NCBI GenBank assembly: GCA_028826165.1
Contig: JAPDFW010000112.1
Span: forward strand, 1-64,000
DNA from: Anaeramoeba ignava BMAN
Lineage: Eukaryota > Protista > Anaeramoebae
Direction of reading: 5' to 3'
DNA: 64,000 nucleotides
Shown: positions 1-19,300 of the stretch, in pieces
Layout: each line of letters starts with the position of its first letter
Position numbering within the stretch: the stretch's first letter is position 1
The notes under the pieces: generated by a model
The model's input: the letters and a program-made list of their open reading frames with translations, nothing else
Told to the model about the DNA's origin: nothing
Databases searched by the model: none
Position numbers and translations under genes: made by a program

Positions 1-7025
<7,025 letters not shown>

Positions 7026-7146
7026 TTCTTTTACTTAAATACGTTTTTATTTGTTTTTATTTTTATTTTTGTTTTTAAAAGAAAAAAAATGAAAAAAAAA
7101 AAATTATTTTATTTTTTTCCTTTTTTTCTTTTTTTTTATTGAATGA

Positions 7147-7947
7147 ATGAAAAGAATTTTTATTGATATTTCTAAATGGAATTGTAATGAAAAAAACCTC
7201 AAAACATATTTTGATTTTATACAAATTGAAGAACAACAAAGAATAAGACAATTCTATCGATTTGAAGATAAAAAAAGAAGTTTAGCTGGAAGATTATTAT
7301 TAAAATTTAAATCAAGCGAAATTTATGGAAAAAAACCAAAACAACTTGAATTTGGAAGAACAATTTATGGAAAACCATATCTTATAGAACATTCTGAATT
7401 TGAAGCAAATATTTCTCATCATTCAAAATATGTTATTTTTGGATTTGAAGAATTTAACTGTCAAATTGGAGTTGATGTTGTTGAAATTAAAGAAGAAAAA
7501 GAAGAAAATCAAACGATCCACTTTTTTCAAGATTTTCAAGAATGCTTTACAAAAAAGGAATGGGAACAAATTCTTCAGCCTCTTCAAAACAAAGACAAGT
7601 TTATTCGTTTTTTTTGGTTTTGGAGTTTAAAAGAATCATTTATTAAAGCTGATGGAAAAGGTTTATCTTTTGGTTTGTTCAGAATTGAGTTTATAATTAA
7701 TTGGGAATCAATCATTTCTTTGAATTTTGTAAGAGGAGGAATTTCTAAAAATGATCCTATTCAGTTATTTATTGATGGTGTTTTTTCTTCTGATTGGATT
7801 TTTGAATCAACTTTTATTGATAATTCTTTTATTTTTTCTGTTTGTTTTAAAAATGTTAATCATCTTTTAAATTTTGATGAAATTCCTTTTCAAAATTTTG
7901 AAGAAATTTCTATTGATGAAATGTGTTCGAAAATGAAAGAAAAATAA
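7147..7947 (+). CDS. Sfp/Lys5-type 4'-phosphopantetheinyl transferase (AASDHPPT-like), intronless
   Basis: 266-aa ORF with YGKP, NISH, IGVDV and WSLKESFIKADGKGL motifs. Confidence 0.93.
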   Translation: MKRIFIDISKWNCNEKNLKTYFDFIQIEEQQRIRQFYRFEDKKRSLAGRLLLKFKSSEIYGKKPKQLEFGRTIYGKPYLIEHSEFEANISHHSKYVIFGFEEFNCQIGVDVVEIKEEKEENQTIHFFQDFQECFTKKEWEQILQPLQNKDKFIRFFWFWSLKESFIKADGKGLSFGLFRIEFIINWESIISLNFVRGGISKNDPIQLFIDGVFSSDWIFESTFIDNSFIFSVCFKNVNHLLNFDEIPFQNFEEISIDEMCSKMKEK

Positions 7948-8125
7948 ATAAATAGATTAAAAAGTGGAATAAAATTTTGATTTCTTTTATTTATTTTTTT
8001 TTTTGGAATTTTGGAATTTTTTTGGATTTTGGAATTTTTTTGGAAATTGAACAAAAAGAAAAGAAAAAGAAGAGAAAAAGGAAAAGAAAAAGGAAAAGAA
8101 AAAGGAAAAGAAAAACACTCAAAAT

Positions 8126-9303
8126 TTAACCATAATTCAAGCTAAAAATTTGATTGAAAATATAATATCCTCCATCTTGAGCAAGAAGAAAAGTTTCACT
8201 AAAGAATAATGGAGGTGTATTTCCTTCATCAAAAGCAATTTGACCAGAAACTAAAATTAAAACACTTCCATCTTGAATTGATGGTTGAGCAGCATAAGAA
8301 GTTACTTTATGTTCCAATCTTTTAAATTTTCGACTCTTTTTAAATTATTTATTAATTTAATTATAAAATTATTTATAAAATTATTTATTTAATTATTTAT
8401 TAATTTATTTATTAAATTATTTATTAATTTATTTATTAAATTATTTATTAATTTATTTATTAAATTATTTATTAATTTATTTATTAAATTATTTATTAAT
8501 TTATTTATTAATTTATTTATTAAATTATTTATTAAATTATTTATTAAATTATTTATTAAATTATTTATTAAATTATTTATTTATTTATTAAATTATTTAT
8601 TAATTTATTTATTAATTTATTAAATTATTTATTAATTTATTTATTAATTTATTTATTAAATTATTTATTAATTTATTTATTAAATTATTTATAAAATTAT
8701 TTATTAATTTATTTATTAAATTATTTATTAATTTATTTATTAATTTATTTATTAATTTATTTATTAAATTATTTATAAAATTATTTATGAAATTATTTAT
8801 TAATTTATTTATTAATTTATTTATTAAATTATTTATTAATTTATTAAATTATTTATTAAATTATTTATTAAATTATTTATTAATTTATTTATTAATTTAT
8901 TTATTGATTTATTTATAAAATTATTTATAAAATTATTTATTAATTTATTTATTAAATTATTTATTAATTTATTTATTAAAATTATTTATAAAATTATTTA
9001 TTAATTTATTTATTAAATTATTTATAAATTTATTTATTAAATTATTTATTAATTTATTTATAAAATTATTTATTAATTTATTTATTAAATTATTTATTAA
9101 TTTATTTATAAAATTATTTATTAATTTATTTATTAATTTATTTATTAAATTATTTATTAAATTATTTATTAAATTATTTATTAATTTATTTATTAAATTA
9201 TTTATTAAATTATTTATTAATTTATTTATAAAAATTATTTATTAATTTATTTATTAATTTATTTATTAATTTATTTATTAATTTATTTATTAAATTATTT
9301 ATA

Positions 9304-9353
<50 letters not shown>

Positions 9354-10154
9354 TTAATTTATTTATTAATTTATTTATTAATTTATTTATTAATTTAATT
9401 ATAAAATTATTTATTAATTTATTTATTAATTTAATTATAAAATTATTTATTAATTTATTTATAAAATTATTTATTAATTTATTTATAAAATTATTTATTA
9501 ATTTATTTATAAAATTATTTATTAATTTAATTATAAAATTATTTATTAATTTATTAAATTATTTATAAAATTATTTATTAATTTATTTATAAAATTATTT
9601 ATAAAATTATTTATTAATTTATTTATTAAATTATTTATTAATTTATTTATAAAATTATTTATTAATTTATTTATTAATTTAATTATAAAATTATTTATTA
9701 ATTTATTTATAAATTTATTTATTAATTTATTTATTAATTTATTTATTAATTTATTTATTAATTTATTTATTTATTAATTTATTTATTTATTTATTAATTT
9801 ATTTATTTATTAATTTATTTATTAATTTATTTATAAAATTATTTATTAATTAATTTATTTATTAATTTATTTATTAAATTTATTTATTAATTTATTAAAT
9901 TATTTATTAATTTATTTATAAAATTATTTATAAATTTATTTATTAAATTATTTATTAATTTATTTATTAAATTTATTTATTAATTTTACTGCAAATTCTT
10001 GAAGAATTGAATCAGTTCCTTTTGCTTGTCTTCCTTCATATGTTAACATAGAATTATCTCTATAAAAATATCCTATTTGTGTAGCATCTTGATCATAAGC
10101 TGGATAATAATTATCAACAAATTGTTGAGCAACAGTATCAAAAGATTCACCCAT
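8126..10154 (-). CDS. NTF2: Nuclear transport factor 2; exons 10154-9990, 8335-8126
   Basis: AQQFVDNYY...FYRDNSMLTYEG...ILQEFA|SRKFKRLEHKVT...LVSGQI...FSETFLL...YYIFNQIFSLNYG. A phase-0 GT..AAG intron joins the exons in frame (about 124 aa). Confidence 0.93.
8336..9989 (-). repeat. NTF2 intron (1654 nt) made of degenerate 12-13 nt A/T repeats (TTATTTATTAAA/T)
   Basis: Direct inspection; almost entirely A/T. Confidence 0.9.
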
Positions 10155-10500
10155 TTTTCTTTTAAAGAAAAATGAAAAAAAAAAATGAAAAAAAAATTAA
10201 AAAAATAAAAATATTTTTTTTTCTCCTTTTATTTTTTTTTCCCTTTTTGTTTTTGATGGCTAATTGTTCTAATTAAATAAAATAAAAAATAAAAAAATAA
10301 AAGGAAAAAATTTAATTTTTTTTTAATTGAAATTTATTTTTTTTTTCTCATTTCATTTTTTTATTTTTCCTTCTTCTTATTCTTTGTTTTTTTTTTTATT
10401 CTTTTTATCCATTTTTTTTTTTTTCAAATTTATTTCATTTAATTTTAAAACAAAACAAAACAAAACAAAAATTTAATTGAAAAACAACAATTGATTGCAA

Positions 10501-13500
10501 ATGATTAAGTTATATTTACTATTTTCTTTTGTTTTTTTTGGAATTGTTTTTACAATACCAAATCAAAAAGATGCTTTAGCTGATGTTTCACTTGGTTCAA
10601 CAGATGGTTTTACTTCTTTAATTCGTATTTTTATTAAATCAGGACCAAATGCAGAATTTGATACTTCAACTTCAAATTATAGGCTTGTTCGTTATTTTTT
10701 TATTTAAAAAAAAATTTTTTTTTTCTATTTTTATTCCAAAAATTACAATTAAAATTATAATTAAAATTCATTTATAAAATTAAAATTAAAATTAAAATTA
10801 AAATCAAAATTAAAATTCATTTATAAAATTAAAATTCAAATTAAAATTCATTTATTAAAATTAAAATTAATTCATTTATAAAATTAAAATTAAAAATAAA
10901 AATAAAATTAAAATTAAAATTAAAATTAAAATTAAAATTAAAATTAAAATTAAAATTAAAATTAAAATTAAAATTGAAATTAAAATTACAATTAAAATTA
11001 AAATTAAAATTAAAATTAAAATTAAAATCATTTATAAAATTAAAATTAAAATTAAAATTAAAATTAAAATTAATATTAAAAATAAAATTAATTCATTTAT
11101 AAAATTAAAATTAAAATTAAAATTAAAATTCAAATTAAAATTAAAATTAAAATTAAAATCAAAATCAAAATCAAAATCAAAATTAAAATTCATTTATAAA
11201 ATTAAAATTAAAATTCATTTATAAAATAAAAATTAAAATTAAAATCAAAATAAAATTAAAATTAAAATTAAAATTAAAATTAAAATTAAAATTAAAATTA
11301 AAATTAAAATTAAAATTAAAATTAAAATTAAAATTAAAATTAAAATTAAAATCAAAATTAAAATTAAAATCAAAATTAAAATCTAAAATTAAAATTAAAA
11401 TTAAAATTAAAATAAAAATTAAAATAAAAATTAAAATAAAAATTAAAATTGAAATTAAATTTTCTAGAGATTAGCTTATATTGCTTTTTATGGATTAATT
11501 CCTGCAGGAATTGGACTTTTGAGTTTTTTAATATTTTTTATTATTGAATGTTGTTGTTGTCGTGGTGTTTATCAAGAAGATGGAAAACGACAAGTTATTC
11601 GAATTCTTGCAATAATTTCTTTAATCTTTATTCTGTAAAAAGAAAATTCAAAATTTAAAAAAAAAATGAATTCAATTAACAAAAAAAACCCAAAAATTTG
11701 TTTCTACATTTAAAGTCCATTTTTAATACTTTCATTTGTATATGTTTCAAACACTGATAAGAAAGCACAAGATAAAACAAATGATATTAATGATAAAGCG
11801 AAAGCAAATGATGCTCAACTTTATGATTTTGGAAGTGAATTTTTCGTTCATTATGGAACACCTGGTGATTTAATTGCTTCATTTTCACAAAATTTCACAT
11901 CAACAAATACAGATAAAAAGGATTCAATCCAAAAATATTCCAAAATTTATTATGATATTTCTTTGGCTATTTTAGTTCTTGTGTTTCTTTCTTTCTTTTT
12001 CAGTAAATCAAAAATAATTTATTCAACAACTAATTTATTAAACAAATAATTTATTCTATAAATAATTTATTAAACAAATAATTTATTAAACAAAAAATTT
12101 ATTCTAAAAATAATTTATTAAACAAATAATTTATTAAACAAATAATTTATTCTAAAAATAATTTATTAAACAAATAATTTATTCTATAAATAATTTATTC
12201 TATAAATAATTTATTCAACAAATAATTTATTCAAAAATAATTTATTCAACAAATAATTTATTCAAATTTATCCAAATTTATCCAAATTTATTCAAATTTA
12301 TTTTAAAAAAAAATTAAGTTGCTTTCGCCATTTTTGGAAAGGGAATTAAATTTACCAAATTTTTCGCCTTCTTTTTGTTAATTTTAATTTGCATTATTAT
12401 GGGTGGTTATCTTGCAATTGCAGCTGGAGCCGAAGATGCCTTTTCTGCAGCAGAAAATCAAGAATCAGGTTAATATTTTAATAATTTAATATTTTAATAA
12501 TTTAATATTTTAATATTTTAATAATTTAATAATTTTAATATTTTAATAATTTAATATTTTAATATTTTAATATTTTAATATTTTAATATTTTAATATTTT
12601 AATTTAATATTTATATTTTAATATTTATAATTTAATATTTTAGGAATTGATTTTTTTGGTGGTTGTTTGTCTGATAGTATTCTGAATTATACTAATACAA
12701 CTTTAAGTAATGAAATTTCAGCAAATCTTGTTGATCTCAATAATTATACACAACCAACATATTTTGATCAGAATAATTATACTTTATGCAATGTAATTTT
12801 AAATTTAAATTTTAATTTTAATTTTTAATTTTAATTTTATTTTTAATTTTAGGCTTCTGAGTATGCTCCATATGTAACGGAAGTTGAAAATATTTTAAAT
12901 CAAACTCAGGTTTCTGTTACTTTGGAAGATGAATTTAATTCCTTCGTTTCTAATTGTTCATATTATTGGTCTATTTTTGAACCATATACTAATGATATCA
13001 CCCCATCTGCAGAAGTTGCTGCAACAGGTTTATTTTCATTAATGATTCTTTATTTATTCCTTACAATTGCTCTTTTTATTGGTCATGGAAGATGGGGTGG
13101 TGGTGTTACTTATAAAGATCCACAAAAAAAAAACAAAAACAAAGACAAAAACAAAAACAAAAAATCAAAAACCAAAAATAAATTTGATGTAAATATTTAT
13201 AATTTAATATTTATAATTTAATATTTATATTTTAATATTTATAATTTAATATTTATATTTTAATATTTATATTTTAATATTTATAATTTTAATATTTATA
13301 ATTTAATATTTATATTTTAATATTTATATTTTAATATTTATATTTTAATATTTATAATTTAATATTTATATTTTAATATTTATATTTAATATTTATATTT
13401 TAATATTTATAATTTAATATTTATAATTTAATATTTATAATTTAATATTTATATTTTTAATATTTATATTTTAATTTATATTTTAATATTTATATTTTAA

Positions 13501-15004
13501 TATTTATATTTTTAATATTTTATAATTTAATATTTATATTTTTAATATTTATAATTTAATATTTATAATTTAATATTTATAATTTAATATTTATAATTTA
13601 ATATTTTATAATTTTAATATTTATATTTTAATATTTATAATTAAATATTTATATTTTAATATTTATAATTTAATATTTATATTTTGAAATATTTTATATT
13701 TTTAATATTTATATTTTAATATTTATATTTTTAATATTTATATTTTAATATTTATAATTTTAATATTTATATTTTTAATATTTATGTTTAATATTTATAT
13801 TTTAATATTTATAATTTTAATATTTATATTTTAATATTTATATTTTTAATATTTATATTTTTAATATTTATATTTTTAATATTTATAATTTAATATTTAT
13901 AATTTAATATTTATATTTTAATATTTATATTTTAATATTTATATTTTAATATTTATATTTTTTAATATTTATAATTTTAATATTTTATAATTTTAATATT
14001 TATATTTTTAATATTTATATTTTTAATATTTATAATTTAATATTTATAATTTAATATTTATATTTTAATATTTATATTTTAATATTTATATTTTAATATT
14101 TATAATTTAATATTTATAATTTAATATTTATAATTTAATATTTATAATTTAATATTTATAATTTAATATTTATATTTTAATATTTATATTTTAATATTTA
14201 TATTTTAATATTTATAATTTAATATTTATATTTTAATATTTATATTTTAATATTTATATTTTAATATTTATATTTTAATATTTATAATTTAATATTTATA
14301 TTTTAATATTTATATTTCTTTTATTTTAATTAAAGGATCGATACAAAACTTGGAAAGATAAACAAAAAGAAGATCCTAAACCACCATTTCCAGAACCAAC
14401 AGGAGAAACAAGTTCTGATGAACCACCAAAGTACAAATCAAAATCAAAATCAGAATCAGAAAAAGAACAACAAAAATCAGAAAACGTAGTATCAGATCGA
14501 GAATATAATACTTTAAGAAGAGGAGATAACATTACAATTCCTCAAAACTTTATACCTGAAGATACAGATTCAGATCAAAAATCAAAATCACAATCAAGAT
14601 CCAGATCAAGATCCAGATCAAGATCCAGATCAAGATCACAATCAAGATCACAATCAAGATCAAGATCAAGATCAAGATCAAGATCAAGATCAAGATCAAG
14701 TGATTCTGGTTATGATTACGAAAGAGCTCAACAACAATTAGATTTAAACACAATGAAAAATAGAAATCCAGATGCAATCCAACTTGAGTTTATTAATGAT
14801 AACGAATCTTCTGATAAAGATAATATACATCATACTTATCATGTTGACCAACCAAATGGACAAGTTGATGATGCTTTGAAAAATTATAATCAAGAAAGAA
14901 AAAGTACTATCACTGCAAATGATGCAAGTATTTCCCAAATTTTGGATACTTACAAAAAACAACAGCAACAATTTGATCAATTTCAAGACCAACATAGTGA
15001 TTAA
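10501..15004 (+). CDS. Tweety/prominin-like five-TM protein with signal peptide and RS-rich cytoplasmic tail; exons 10501-10686, 11468-11634, 11716-12002, 12319-12468, 12644-12792, 12853-13188, 14336-15004
   Basis: Six GT-AG introns restore one open frame. FDTSTSNYRLRLAY-TM1-CCCCR, TM2, loop, TM3, TM4 (GGYLAIAAGAEDAF), GIDFFGGC, NCSYYWSIF...TGLFSL-TM5. The spacing resembles the Tweety family. Confidence 0.65.
10687..11467 (+). repeat. Intron filled with (AAAATT/AAAATC)n
   Basis: Hexamer tandem repeat. Confidence 0.9.
13189..14335 (+). repeat. Intron filled with ~15-nt repeat (TTTAATATTTATA[A/T]T)n
   Basis: Roughly 70 degenerate units. Confidence 0.9.
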
Positions 15005-15316
15005 AAGAATAAAGAATAAAAAATAAAAATCAATTCTAATAATTAATAATTCGTAACAATAAGAAAAACAAATTATTTGAAATTTTTTTCTTTTTTTTCT
15101 TTTGAAGTTTGCCAAGCCAATTTAATGAAAAAACTAAAAAAAAATTTATTTTTCCTTTTATTATTTTTAAAAGATTAATTTTAATTTTATCTTTTAAAAT
15201 TTAATTTTTTAAAATGGGAATTTTTCGATTAAATTATTTTAAAAAAAAAACAAAAACAAAAACAAAAACAAATTAAAGAATTAAAAACAAATTAAAGAAT
15301 TAAAAAGAATTTGATC

Positions 15317-16223
15317 TTATTTTGGAAGCATTTTAGCCAAAGTTGGAATTATTAATTGTTTTGATTGACGATAAAAACACAATTTAATTGAAGAACGAGG
15401 AACACGATATTTTGCTTGTTTAATGGTTTTTGATTCAATTTCTTGATAAGTAGTTTTTTTCTTATTAACGAAATTATTCAAAATAACAGAAAAAGGACGA
15501 GAAGCAAAGGAGGCTTGAGCAGAAGTAATTCCACCAAGAAGAATAGCAGTGGAAATTTGTGAAAACCAGTGCATTTGATTTGGAAGTAAATATTTCACAA
15601 TCCAATAATAATTGAATTCCCTAAATCCATGATAAAAAGTGGCATAAATTCCTTCATGAATAAAAAGATTTTGAAAATCTTGAAAAATTTGTGAAGATTT
15701 TTTTGGAGAAGAAATTAAATTAATTGGAGGAGAAATTAAAGAATTGGAAAGAATTGAATCTTTTGGATCATTTTGATTATTTTGATTATTTTCTTTTTCA
15801 GTTTTTTTTTTCCAATTTTCACAACAATTTCTCTTTTATTTTTTTTTTATACAAATTTAATTAAAAATAAAATAAAAAATAATTTTAATTTATTTTAATA
15901 TTTACATATAAAACTGTAGCTATAGATTTTGATACTCCAATACAAAATCCAGAAATAAAACCTAATTTCCATCTTTCTTCAGGTTTTAAATTAAGTTTTT
16001 TTGACCAATACCTTTTTAAATTTTCTACTAAAACATCATTTAAACCAGCTCTAATAAAAAGAGATTTTTTTTGAGTAAAAGTTGTTGGTTTTGAATTTAA
16101 TTTATATCTAACAATTAAATCTGCAGAAACTGAAGAAGATCCTCCAATTAAAAAAAATAAAGGATTAGAAATTAAAGGATTTAAAGAAGGTAAAAAATTT
16201 GTATTTATATTTTTATTTGTCAT
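15317..16223 (-). CDS. Divergent mitochondrial carrier (SLC25)-like protein; exons 16223-15906, 15832-15317 (about 277 aa)
   Basis: Spliced ORF with three Gly/Ala-rich hydrophobic segments, HEGIYATFYHG, ASRPFSVI (degenerate Px[DE]xx[KR]) and RVPRSSIKLCFYRQSKQLI (helix-6-like). Size is typical of carriers. Confidence 0.45.
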
Positions 16224-16377
16224 TTTAATTTTAATTTTAATTTAAAAAGAAGAAAAAATTTAAATTTAATTTTTATTTTTTTTTTTTTATTTATTTAAAA
16301 GGAGAAAAAAAAAATATTTTTATTTTAATTAAAAAAAGGAGAAATTCATTTTTTTCTTTTTAAATTAAATTTTTTAA

Positions 16378-19300
16378 ATGTCTTTTTCTTTTAAAAATAA
16401 TCAAACTTTTCCACAATCTTTTTTAATTCGTTCTCTTAAACAAATTCCTTATAAAGGAATTGCTTGGGTTAAATGGAGTTATGGAAATCAATCAAATCAA
16501 ACTGAAAAATCTTCTCTTTTAGGAAAAGGAAGTGTAAAATGGGATAAAAAAGATTCTATAAATATTTTAATTTCAAATGATGGAAAAAAATCTCATTTTT
16601 ATCCAAAACAATTAGATTTCTTTATTAATCTTGTATTTATTGCTCTTTTCCTTTTATTTCTTTATATTTACATTTTCTTCTTCTCGAATTTAAATCTAAA
16701 TCAAAATCAAAATCAAAATCAAAATCTAAATTTAAATCTAAATCAAAATCTAAATCTAAATCTAAATATAAATTAAAATATAAATCAAAATATAAATCTA
16801 AATCTAAATCTAAATATAAATCTAAATCTAAATCTAAATCTAAATCTAAATCAAAATCAAAATCAAAATCAAAATATAAATCTAAATCTAAATATAAATC
16901 AAAATCTAAATATAAATCAAAATCAAAATCAAAATATAAATATAAATCAAAATCAAAATCAAAATATAAATATAAATCAAAATCAAAATCAAAATTAAAA
17001 TCAAAATCAAAATCAAAATCAAAATCAAAATCAAAATCTAAATCAAAATCAAAATCAAAATTAAAATCAAAATCAAAATCAAAATCAAAATCAAAATCAA
17101 AATCAAAATCAAAATCAAAATCAAAATTAAAATTAAAATCAAAATAAAATCAAAATCAAAAATATAAAATAAAAATATAAATCAAAATCTAAATCTAAAA
17201 ATATAAATCAAAATATAAAATATAAAATAAATCTAAATCAAAATCAAAATCAAAATCAAAATCTAAATCTAAATCAAAATCTAAATCAAAATCAAAAATC
17301 AAAATCAAAATCTAAATCAAAAATCAAAATCAAATCTAAAATAAATCTAAATCTAAAATCTAAATCTAAAATCTAAATCTAAATCTAAATCTAAATCAAA
17401 TCAAAAAATAAATCTAAATATAAATCTAAATATAAATCAAAAATAAAAAAATATAAATATAAATATAAAAATCTAAATATAAATAAAAATATAAATCTAA
17501 ATCTAAATCAAATCTAAATCTAAATCTAAATCAAAATCAAAATCAAAATAAAAATCTAAATTTAAATCTAAATCACAAATCAAAATCTAAATCAAATGCA
17601 AAAATAAATATAAATCTAAATCAAAATCAAAATCAAAAATCAAAAATCAAAATCAAAATATAAATATAAATCTAAATCAAAATCAAAATTAAAATCTAAA
17701 TCTAAAAAATAAATATAAATATAAATCAAAATTAAAATCAAAATCAAAAAATATAAATCAAAATCAAAATATAAAATATAAATATAAATCAAAAATCAAA
17801 ATTAAAATCAAAAATCAAAATCAAAATCTAAAATCAAAATCTAAAATCAAAATCTAAATCAAAAATCTAAATCTAAATAAATAAATATAAATCTAAATAT
17901 AAAATCAAAATGCAAATCAAATCTAAATCCAAAAATCTAAATCAAAATCTAAATCAAAATCTAAATCTAAATCAAAATATAAATCTAAATAAATAAAAAA
18001 AATCTAAATCTAAATATAAAAATTTAAATCAAAATCTAAATCAAAATCAAAATCAAAAATCTAAATCAAAATCAAAATCAAAAATCAAAATCTAAATCAA
18101 AAATCCAAATCTAAATCAAAATAAATATAAATCAAAATCAAAATCAAAATCAAAATAAAAATCAAAATCAAAATCAAAATATAAATAAAAATCAAAATCA
18201 AAATCAAAATCAAAATCAAAATCAAAATCAAAATAAAAAATCAAAATCTAAATCTAAATCTAAATCTAAATCTAAAATCATAAATAAATCTAAATCTAAA
18301 TCTAAATATAAATCTAAATCTAAATCTAAAATATAAATCTAAATAAAAATCTAAATATAAATCTAAATATAAATCTAAAATCAAAATATAAATATAAATA
18401 TAAATATAAATATAAATATAAAATCTAAACTAAATCTAAATATAAAATCAAAATCAAAATCTAAATCTAAATCTAAAATAAAAATAAATATAAATATAAA
18501 TCAAAAATCAAAATATAAATATAAATATAAATATAAATATAAATATAAAATCTAAATATAAATCTAAATAAAAATCAAAAATATAAATATAAATCTAAAT
18601 ATAAATATAAAATCAAAATATAAATATAAATATAAATCAAAATATAAATATAAATCTAAATTAAAATCAAAATAAAAATATAAATCAAAAATTAAAATCA
18701 AAATCAAAATATAAAAATTAAAATCAAAATCAAAATATAAATATAAATCAAAATCAAAATAAATAAAATCAAAATCAAAAATCAAAATCAAAAAATAAAA
18801 TCAAAATCAAAATATAAATCAAAATTAAAATCAAAAATCAAAATAAAAAAATCAAAATATAAATAAAAAAATAAATCTAAATCTAAATCTAAAATTAAAA
18901 TCAAAATCAAAATCAAAATCAAAAATTAAAATCTAAATCTAAATATCTAAATCTAAATCTAAATCTAAATATAAATCAAAATTAAAATCAAAATCAAAAT
19001 CAGAATCAAAATCAAAATCTAAATATAAATATAAATCTAAATATAAATATAAATATAAATCTAAATATAAATTAAAATCTAAATCTAAATCTAAATCTAA
19101 ATCTAAATCAAAATCTAAATCTAAATCTAAATCTAAATCTAAATATAAATCAAAATCAAAATCTAAATCTAAAAAATCAAAAAAAATCAAAATAAAATCA
19201 AAATCAAAATATAAATGCAAATCTAAATCTAAATCTAAATCAAAATCAAAATCAAAATCAAAATCAAAATATAAATCAAAATCAAAATATAAATCTAAAT

